This document shows positions 57,307 through 64,000 of a stretch of 64,000 bases of DNA, piece by piece. The DNA lies in NCBI GenBank assembly GCA_049414445.1, contig JBMSAP010000083.1:6171-70170 (forward strand). The letters are read 5' to 3'. The translations under genes and the position numbers were made by a program. Source of the DNA: Candidatus Caldipriscus sp. GTDB lineage: Bacteria; Hydrothermota; Hydrothermia; LBFQ01. The notes beneath the pieces were generated by a model. The model saw only the letters and a program-made list of their open reading frames with translations. It was not told the DNA's origin and searched no databases. The stretch's first letter is position 1, and each line of letters starts with the position of its first letter.

Positions 57307-58929
57307 ATGAGAAGGTTTCTATACCTGTTATTTCTCCTTTCTTTACCTTTGTTTGCCCAAAGATCGACCCCAAAAACTCCGCAGGCTCAGGCTCCCAAAT
57401 TACCCTACTCCGTATGCTCGGCTCCGGAAGTCTATATTAAGGCAAGGATAGCGGTGAATCCCACGGGGAAATATGCCCAGAATTTTAGGGGAAATTTGAA
57501 CACATACCTTCCCGTAATTTTAAAGAGGGCGAGGGAATATTTTGAAAGGACGGATGGAAACTCGATAAGAATAGTTGGGGGAGGGTACGTTGAGATCCCC
57601 TTTGGCACCTTCTCAAAGCTAATAAACGATTCTTTAACCGCGGCCCTGCATAAGGATGACACCGCTTACGGGAAAACCCCATATTTGGTGGATATAGTTA
57701 TAGGTGAGGATGCTTACGGGCTCATTGGGAAAATTTGGCTTATAAACCTTGAGAGCGAAGTGGTTTATGAGGTATATTCTTATAGAATTCCCGCCACCGC
57801 AGTTAGAGATGTTTTACAATCCATCATTCTCCTGACGGACAAGCTAACGGAGCAGATGGGTTCGCTTCTGAGGAGGATAGCGGTAAAAGAAACCATGACG
57901 ATGTTCTCCGTCCAAGTTGTTGAAGAGGCGGATATATCTCAGGATAGGTTTGTGGCGATAAGGATTTCTTCGGCAACGAACGCTGAAGGAAAGAGTTTGT
58001 TTGATATTCTCGGAAATAGAGCGGGGGTTGCGGTTAGAATTTTAAGCGGTGAGGGTAGGCTTACGAGCGGTGAAAAGGTTGAAGGGTGGAATGTGGTGAG
58101 AGGTCAAAACCCTGTTATCCTCTATCAACCCCCCAGCTGTACGGTATTCAACAGGAAAAACCCCATAGAATTATCCTTTGAGGTTGCGCCCGTTTGCCCC
58201 AGGGACAACAAGATCATTTCGGTTAAACCAACTCTATCCTCGGGTAAAACATCCTTTAAGGTGAAGGCACCTTATGCTTGGAGGGTCTCAAGCACGGTAA
58301 ATGTTACATCAAGGAACACGAGCTTGTCTTACAAGTTAGATTACGTTTTGCACTCAAGGTTTGCTTGCAGGAACTTTATAGATGGGAGCTCAAAGTTCGC
58401 CCAAACCTTTGGGATCTCCGGAGAGGATGTCCTTTTCGTTTCCGACAACTTCCTGAAAAATAAGAAGATCGGTGAGGTGGATAGGGGTAAGGTTTTGTCC
58501 GTGAAGTATAGCGACTGCGGGGTCTTGGATCCGTGGAAGCTAAAGGATCCAAATATAGATACGGTATTCTTTGCGGTGTATAATGTGGGAAGGACGGCAG
58601 ATGTAGCGTTTAGATACTATATAAACGGCGGGCTTATGGTAAGTGGTGTTGGGAGCGAAAACACGATCTTTGACCTTTTGGGCATGAGGGTGGTGGGAGG
58701 AGATAGGGTGAGGTTCTCGGATGTTCCTGTCTTCATAAAAGACCCGTTAATATTTAGGCAGGGAAATTCCTCGGTATTATCCTTTAAACCCTTCTCCGCA
58801 AATATGACCCTTACAACAACCTTCACAAACTCCGGATGTGGTAAAGAGGATATCACCATCACGGTACAAAGTACCTTCCAACCCATAATAGAATGCGATT
58901 GCGTTGCCCATAAATTTGCTGAGGAATAA
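57307..58929 (+). CDS. Hypothetical secreted protein, function unknown
   Basis: 540 aa. Signal peptide 'MRRFLYLLFLLSLPLFAQ'. No recognisable catalytic motif. Several Cys pairs near the C-terminus ('IIECDCVAHKF'). Confidence 0.5.
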   Translation: MRRFLYLLFLLSLPLFAQRSTPKTPQAQAPKLPYSVCSAPEVYIKARIAVNPTGKYAQNFRGNLNTYLPVILKRAREYFERTDGNSIRIVGGGYVEIPFGTFSKLINDSLTAALHKDDTAYGKTPYLVDIVIGEDAYGLIGKIWLINLESEVVYEVYSYRIPATAVRDVLQSIILLTDKLTEQMGSLLRRIAVKETMTMFSVQVVEEADISQDRFVAIRISSATNAEGKSLFDILGNRAGVAVRILSGEGRLTSGEKVEGWNVVRGQNPVILYQPPSCTVFNRKNPIELSFEVAPVCPRDNKIISVKPTLSSGKTSFKVKAPYAWRVSSTVNVTSRNTSLSYKLDYVLHSRFACRNFIDGSSKFAQTFGISGEDVLFVSDNFLKNKKIGEVDRGKVLSVKYSDCGVLDPWKLKDPNIDTVFFAVYNVGRTADVAFRYYINGGLMVSGVGSENTIFDLLGMRVVGGDRVRFSDVPVFIKDPLIFRQGNSSVLSFKPFSANMTLTTTFTNSGCGKEDITITVQSTFQPIIECDCVAHKFAEE

Positions 58930-58945
58930 AAAAGGGGGGTGAATT

Positions 58946-59371
58946 ATGGCTTACAAGCCAATATCCCATACATCGGAGGTGGGATTTGAGGTTAGCTCTA
59001 TGGATTTGGAGAAGCTTTTTGTTGAGAGCGCAAGGGCACTCTTTAGGGAGATGTTGGGAAGCTTATATGGGATAAGGATCCAAGGGGAGAAGAGGGTATA
59101 CCTTGAGGGGGAGGACATTGAGGATCTACTACACAAGTGGCTTTCCCAGCTCCTTTACGAGTTTGAAACATCAAAGATGGTTTTCAGGCAGTTTGAGGTG
59201 AAGATAGAGTTTGAGGATGATAAGTTCAAGCTTCACGCAAAGTTGGGAGGGGAACCCTTCGATCTTTCCAAGCATTCAATAAAAAAAGCTTTGAAGGCGG
59301 TCACAAGACATAAGCTCCACGTCGAGAGGGAAAGGGGTATATGGAGGGCATCGGTGATAATAGACGTATAA
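58946..59371 (+). CDS. Archease (RtcB RNA-ligase activator family)
   Basis: 141 aa. N-terminal 'HTSEVGFEV' (the HTAD[VI]G-like metal-binding motif) and C-terminal 'KAVTRHKLHVERERGIWRASVIIDV' matching the archease C-terminal signature. Strong GGGGG Shine-Dalgarno upstream. Confidence 0.7.
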   Translation: MAYKPISHTSEVGFEVSSMDLEKLFVESARALFREMLGSLYGIRIQGEKRVYLEGEDIEDLLHKWLSQLLYEFETSKMVFRQFEVKIEFEDDKFKLHAKLGGEPFDLSKHSIKKALKAVTRHKLHVERERGIWRASVIIDV

Positions 59372-60300
59372 CTTACGAAGAAGCTGGGGTTTCCATAGGT
59401 AAGGCGGATTCCCTTGTGGGATGGTTGAAGAAAAAGAATAAAATTATCGGTTCCTTTTCCGCAACGGTAAAACTTGGAAAACAGAGGATCCTTTTATCCA
59501 CGGATGGGGTTGGGACGAAGATCTTACTTTACATAAAGGCGGGGAAATTTAGGGGTTTGGGGCAGGACCTCGTTGGGATGGTTTCAAACGATATATTGGC
59601 GGATGGAGGTAGGATGGTTTATTTCTTGGACTACTTTGCAACTTTCCCATTAAGGGAGGATTGGGCAAAGGAGGTTTTGGAGGATATAATATCCTCTTGT
59701 AAAAAGGTCGGGGCAAAACTCGTCGGCGGTGAAACCGCAGAACTTCCCGGCCTAATAAAGGAAAACACCTTTGATGTTGCGGGTTTTGGAATTGGCATCC
59801 CGATAAAGAAGAGGTTTGGTAGGGTTAAAAGTGGGGATATCTTAATAGGACTTCCTTCCTCCGGCTTCCACTCAAACGGCTATTCGTTAATAAGGAAAAT
59901 TCTGGAGGAAAGGAACCTTGATCCATTTAAAACCTATCCCGAGATCGACGAAAGAAGGGCTTTAATTGATATCCTCCTCACACCCACGAGGTTATATCAT
60001 AGGGAGGGGTTGAAGATGTTTCTTAAATTTGGGGCGAAGAGGGGGGCGCACATAACGGGAGGGGGGCTTATGGGAAATTTACCGAGGGCGCTTGAGGGAA
60101 GGGAGGCAAAGATATACTGGGAGAACATACCCACGCCGGAGTATATGAAAAATTTTATAAAGCTTGGCGGGATAGATGAAGGGGAGGCTTGGAGGGTTTT
60201 CAATATGGGGGTAGGTTTCGTATTTGTGATCCCGAGGAAAAACGCTGAGAAGGTTTTATCCCAATTCAGGGATGCCTTCATCTTGGGAGAGGTATTATGA
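59341..60300 (+). CDS. purM: Phosphoribosylformylglycinamidine cyclo-ligase (AIR synthase)
   Basis: 319 aa. 'ITYEEAGVSIGKADSLV' N-terminus and the PurM-fold 'STDGVGTK' region. Start may be slightly downstream of 59341 (31-nt overlap with archease). Confidence 0.85.
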   Translation: MEGIGDNRRITYEEAGVSIGKADSLVGWLKKKNKIIGSFSATVKLGKQRILLSTDGVGTKILLYIKAGKFRGLGQDLVGMVSNDILADGGRMVYFLDYFATFPLREDWAKEVLEDIISSCKKVGAKLVGGETAELPGLIKENTFDVAGFGIGIPIKKRFGRVKSGDILIGLPSSGFHSNGYSLIRKILEERNLDPFKTYPEIDERRALIDILLTPTRLYHREGLKMFLKFGAKRGAHITGGGLMGNLPRALEGREAKIYWENIPTPEYMKNFIKLGGIDEGEAWRVFNMGVGFVFVIPRKNAEKVLSQFRDAFILGEVL

Positions 60301-62573
60301 TCCCCCTTTATTGGCTAAATATATCCGTTCCATATTCGCATAACATAGAGGTTTTTGGGGGATACAGGAGGGTAAGGTCTTACTGGACGGGTTATACCTC
60401 CTTTTTCCTCCCAGAAAATCCCAAGTTTAAAAATTTACAGAAGAGGAAGGTCCTAATCCTGAAACCGAATAGGGAAGAGGAATTGAGGGAGTACAGGTAC
60501 GGGGATTCGGAGTTTCAGGTGAAGACGGTAAGGGCGGATACCCTTCACAAGCTCGGTTTTACGGGTAAAGGGGTAAAAATCGCAATATTTGACACGGGCT
60601 TTGACCTAACCCATCCATCCCTTATGGGGGTTCAGGTTAGAGGGCAGATGGATTTCAACAGCGGAGACAGGATAAATTTAAACGGTAGAACCCTCCCTAC
60701 ACCGGAGGGCGTTTTTTATATACACTCTTACGATTGCGCGATTAGGGGGACGGATACATTCTGCGTTTATTCCGGAATAGATGAAAGGAGCATAGCGGGG
60801 ATCAACATAAACAGGTGGGACCTTTATTTGGTGAAGGGGGAAACTTTGAAGGTCCTTTCAAGGGGCTTTGAGATAAACCCAAGCTTAACCGTTAGGAATG
60901 ATACCCTATACCTCTCCTGGTCCTCTTATGGGAACTTGAAGCTTGGTGCGATTTACAGGGATACCCTTGAAAGTGCGCAAGATCTTGGGAGGGGATATAT
61001 GGCGATTTTGAGATCATCAAGCTCGGGACTAAAGGTTGGGGTATTCACCGGAGACAGCGTAAAACTCTGCGATTATATTACATCTTTGATTTGTTCAATC
61101 TCAAAGCCAGTTAAAGGGTTCGGGGGTATGTTTTTAAGCGGGGATAGCCTTTTCTTCTCGGATGGGGACAGCATATTTTTGTTTAAGGGATCATCTTACA
61201 GCTTTCTTGTTGAGGGGTTTTATCCCGTTGAAAACTCAGGTAGGCTCGCATATATTAGGAACGACTCCCTTTTCGTTGATAACGCGTTTGTCCTTAAGGT
61301 CCCTTACCTTGAGGACTTTGCCCTTTACAGTGATACTTTGGCTGTGCCGATGGAAGATTACATTTCCCTTTATTCCTTAAGCCTTAGAAGGGAGATAAGG
61401 AGGGTGGGTTGGACCTTTTGCAACAGGCCAAAGTTTTTAAATGGGGTTTTGGTTTATAGGGAGAGGGGGGACACGATAGCGGAAGTTCCGAGGTACGGGG
61501 TTGGGAAATATCACGGGACGAGGGTGCTTTCGGTTTTGGCGGGTTATGTGGGTGGGAGCTTGGTGGGTATAGCCCCCGGAGCGGAGTATTACCTTGCAAA
61601 GACGGAAAAGGTAAGTAGGAGCGATACCACATCCCAGTGGGAAAATAGGATAGAGGAGGATTTTTTGGTTTCCGCCCTTGAATGGGCTTCGAGGAAAGGA
61701 GTTCAAATAATTAACATCAGCTTAGGGTATGGGGGGGATGTGGGTTATACGAAGGGTATGATGGATGGGAAAACCGCAATATCATCCATCGCCATGTCCA
61801 AGGCACTTGATAGGGGAGTTTTGCCGGTTATATCCGTAGGGAACGTAAGCTCAAGGGCCGTGGATCCGAACGTTGGGGATACCACTTTGAATGCCCCAGC
61901 GGACGCCTTTGATGTAATATCCGTAGGAGGGGTAATTTACGATAGTGTGAGGAAGAGGGTAGTTTTATCTTCAAGCTCCGCCTGTGGTCCCAGCGCGGAC
62001 GGTAGGGTAAAACCCGAGGTGGTCGCTCCCTTTGAGGTGATAGCCGCGGACGAGGGAGGAAGGTTGGTATATACCTCGGGTACATCCTATTCTGCACCCA
62101 TAACCGCGGGGGTTTTAGCCTTGGCCCTTGAGGCTCACCCCTCCTGGTCCTTAAGTAAGCTCAGGGATAAGCTGTTGGAAACCGCAAAACCCTTAGAGGA
62201 TATACCCTTTAAACCCAACTTTTGTTCCGGGTATGGGCTCGTGGATGCCCAGGCTTTGGCATTTTCGGAACCTCTGGAAGTGATCCCGAAGAAGGGGAAG
62301 CTTTTCTTCTCCAGGATCTACCCAAACCCTACGGGTGGTTCAAGGTTCGTAAATCTTAGGATAAAGAGCATGTACCCATCAAAGGACCCGGTTATAAGGG
62401 TATATACCCCATTAGGAATTCCGGTTAAAGAGGTTCAAATAAAGGGGGAGAAGAACATTGGGGAGTGGGAGTATAAGTTGGATGTGGGGGACTTGAAGGA
62501 GGGGCTTTATTTTGTGGTGATAATGACGGAAAACGGAAAGGCGGTTGGAAAATTCGTAATAACGCGACCTTAA
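60297..62573 (+). CDS. Subtilisin-like (S8) serine peptidase with a type IX secretion system (Por) C-terminal sorting domain
   Basis: 758 aa. Catalytic Asp 'IAIFDTGFDLTHP', His 'HGTRVLSVLAGY', Ser 'GTSYSAPITAGVLAL'. A ~290-aa insertion lies between Asp and His. The C-terminal ~85 aa ('YPNPTGGSRF...VIRVYTPLGIPV...EGLYFVVIMTENGKAVGKFVI') fits the Por_Secre_tail consensus. Confidence 0.8.
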   Translation: MIPLYWLNISVPYSHNIEVFGGYRRVRSYWTGYTSFFLPENPKFKNLQKRKVLILKPNREEELREYRYGDSEFQVKTVRADTLHKLGFTGKGVKIAIFDTGFDLTHPSLMGVQVRGQMDFNSGDRINLNGRTLPTPEGVFYIHSYDCAIRGTDTFCVYSGIDERSIAGININRWDLYLVKGETLKVLSRGFEINPSLTVRNDTLYLSWSSYGNLKLGAIYRDTLESAQDLGRGYMAILRSSSSGLKVGVFTGDSVKLCDYITSLICSISKPVKGFGGMFLSGDSLFFSDGDSIFLFKGSSYSFLVEGFYPVENSGRLAYIRNDSLFVDNAFVLKVPYLEDFALYSDTLAVPMEDYISLYSLSLRREIRRVGWTFCNRPKFLNGVLVYRERGDTIAEVPRYGVGKYHGTRVLSVLAGYVGGSLVGIAPGAEYYLAKTEKVSRSDTTSQWENRIEEDFLVSALEWASRKGVQIINISLGYGGDVGYTKGMMDGKTAISSIAMSKALDRGVLPVISVGNVSSRAVDPNVGDTTLNAPADAFDVISVGGVIYDSVRKRVVLSSSSACGPSADGRVKPEVVAPFEVIAADEGGRLVYTSGTSYSAPITAGVLALALEAHPSWSLSKLRDKLLETAKPLEDIPFKPNFCSGYGLVDAQALAFSEPLEVIPKKGKLFFSRIYPNPTGGSRFVNLRIKSMYPSKDPVIRVYTPLGIPVKEVQIKGEKNIGEWEYKLDVGDLKEGLYFVVIMTENGKAVGKFVITRP

Positions 62574-62585
62574 AATCCCATCTTC

Positions 62586-63464
62586 ATGCTCGTTATAGAA
62601 AATCCAAAGGAGATGCAGTTACTCTCGAACAACCTGAGGAAGGAGGGGAAGATAATAGGCTTTGTTCCCACGATGGGCGCCCTACACGAGGGGCACCTCA
62701 GGCTTATAAGAAAAGCCAGAAAACAGTCGGACTTCTTGGTTGTGAGCATATTCGTAAATCCCCTACAGTTTGAACCCGGCTCGGATTATCATAGGTACCC
62801 GAGGAGGTTTGAGGAGGATAGATATAAATGCGAGATGGAGGGGGTTCAGGCTATATTCTACCCTTCCGTTGAGGCTATGTATCCGGAGGGTTTTTCAACC
62901 TTCGTTGAGGTGAAGGAACTTGATAGGTATATGGAGGGGGAGTTTAGGCCGGGGCATTTTAGGGGGGTTGCTACGGTCGTTCTGAAGCTCTTCAACATAG
63001 TTAAACCCCACTTTGCGGTCTTCGGATTAAAGGATGCCCAGCAGTATTACATAATAAAGAGGATGGTTAGGGATCTAAACCTTGACATAGAGATCGTACC
63101 TCACGAGACGGTTAGGGAGAGCGACGGCTTGGCCATGTCCTCAAGGAACGAGTATTTATCGCCGGAAAGCAGGAGACAGGCAAGCGCAATTTATAGGGCG
63201 TTAATAATGGCGAGGGATATGATATTTTCGGGGGAAAGGAGATCAAGGGTGATAAAGGAGAAGTTTGAGGAGTATTTAAAGAAAGAAGCGCCCCTCGCCA
63301 AAATAGATTACGTTGAGATAGCGGATACTAGGGAGCTTAAACCCCTTGAGGTGGTAGAGGGTGAGGTTCTCCTTGCGACCGCGGTGAGGTTTCCCGAGGC
63401 GAGGTTAATAGACAACCTTATACTAAACCCCGACGAGGGTTATGTTTTAAACGACAAAATATGA
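62586..63464 (+). CDS. panC: Pantoate--beta-alanine ligase
   Basis: 292 aa. '[20 protein letters not shown]' HIGH-like motif and 'FGLKDAQQ' signature. Confidence 0.9.
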   Translation: MLVIENPKEMQLLSNNLRKEGKIIGFVPTMGALHEGHLRLIRKARKQSDFLVVSIFVNPLQFEPGSDYHRYPRRFEEDRYKCEMEGVQAIFYPSVEAMYPEGFSTFVEVKELDRYMEGEFRPGHFRGVATVVLKLFNIVKPHFAVFGLKDAQQYYIIKRMVRDLNLDIEIVPHETVRESDGLAMSSRNEYLSPESRRQASAIYRALIMARDMIFSGERRSRVIKEKFEEYLKKEAPLAKIDYVEIADTRELKPLEVVEGEVLLATAVRFPEARLIDNLILNPDEGYVLNDKI

Positions 63465-63856
63465 AAACGATAAGTATAAGAACGAGTAAAAGGAACGAGC
63501 TGGTAGATATTACGGATGAAGTTAGGAGGTTGGTTAGGGAGAGCGGGGTGAGGGAAGGTATATGCGTCCTATTTTGTCCCCACACCACCGCGGGTTTAAC
63601 GATAAACGAGAACGCGGATCCATCCGTTAGGTTGGATATTTCGGATCACCTGTCGGATCTCGTGCCGGAAAGGAAGAGCTATAAACACCTTGAGGGGAAC
63701 GCGGATTCGCATATAAAGAGTGTCCTTGTGGGTCAGAGCCTGAGCTTGATAATAGAAAATGGGGATATAGTTTTGGGAACGTGGCAGGGGGTTTTCTTTT
63801 GCGAGTTTGACGGTCCGAGAAATAGGAAAATTCTGGTGAAGATATTGGAGGGATAA
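63461..63856 (+). CDS. YjbQ/UPF0047-family protein (secondary thiamine-phosphate synthase-like)
   Basis: 131 aa. '[21 protein letters not shown]' family signature. Confidence 0.75.
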   Translation: MKTISIRTSKRNELVDITDEVRRLVRESGVREGICVLFCPHTTAGLTINENADPSVRLDISDHLSDLVPERKSYKHLEGNADSHIKSVLVGQSLSLIIENGDIVLGTWQGVFFCEFDGPRNRKILVKILEG

Positions 63857-63857
63857 A

Positions 63858-64000
63858 ATGGTCTGGATAGAGGAGCTTAAGAATCACAAGGATGAGGAGG
63901 TGGAGATAAGGGGTTGGTTATTCAACAAGAGGTCTTCGGGTAAAATACACTTTTTGATAGTGAGGGATGGGACGGGTTTCGTACAGTGCGTAGTATCAAA
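63858..64000 (+). CDS. Aspartate/asparagine--tRNA ligase, N-terminal fragment (runs off the window)
   Basis: ATG at 63858. '[34 protein letters not shown]' is the N-terminal OB-fold anticodon-binding signature of class IIb AspRS/AsnRS. Not in the ORF track because it is under 60 codons within the window. Confidence 0.6.
   Translation, partial: MVWIEELKNHKDEEVEIRGWLFNKRSSGKIHFLIVRDGTGFVQCVVS

Noticed and set aside
57307-57360. Possibility that the 'MRRFL' N-terminus shared by the PPIase, the mini-ORF and the 540-aa protein indicates a three-member paralogous family
   Set aside because: Beyond the first five residues the 540-aa protein shares no similarity with the PPIase, and signal peptides commonly begin M-R-R-F-L. 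Only the 57134-57296 fragment shows extended nucleotide identity to the PPIase gene.

Overview
The window is a compact, gene-dense bacterial chromosome segment made almost entirely of core housekeeping genes. Amino-acid and codon usage (K/E/R-rich proteins, AGG/AAG/GAG/ATA codons) suggest a thermophile. A subtilisin carrying a type IX secretion (Por) C-terminal sorting domain points, by inference, to the FCB superphylum.

Backbone genes, in order:
- Start of window: PBP1A C-terminus, recG, secDF, tRNA-Met, uvrC, a lytic transglycosylase.
- A roughly 19 kb co-directional minus-strand block: tRNA-Trp, rpmG, secE, nusG, rplKAJL, rpoB, rpoC, then unusually a partial spc operon (rpsZ, rpsH, rplF, rplR, rpsE, rpmD), then a 2-oxoacid dehydrogenase E2, mreB, mreC and an O-antigen-ligase-like gene.
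- purL, ribF, alr, folK, tsf, rpsB, rpsI, rplM, lgt, hisS, miaB-family, rsmD, thiL, purM, panC, and the start of aspS.

Non-backbone signals:
(a) About 54.8-57.3 kb: an AT-rich island with foreign codon usage. It carries a beta-class (SPPY, probably N4-cytosine) DNA methyltransferase and a frameshifted putative PD-(D/E)xK restriction endonuclease remnant. It is bounded by a rearranged partial duplicate of the 5' end and promoter of the neighbouring PPIase gene.
(b) A multiply frameshifted BNR/Asp-box repeat pseudogene directly beside tRNA-Trp.
(c) A Y/G/F-rich outer-membrane-like ORF pair split by a frameshift next to tRNA-Met.
(d) Lineage-specific insertions in PurL and NusG, an orphan E1-alpha, an archease overlapping purM, and a UbiA-family prenyltransferase next to lgt.

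No CRISPR array, integrase or transposase was seen. All calls rest on reading motifs in the supplied ORF translations and the raw sequence; no database search was possible.
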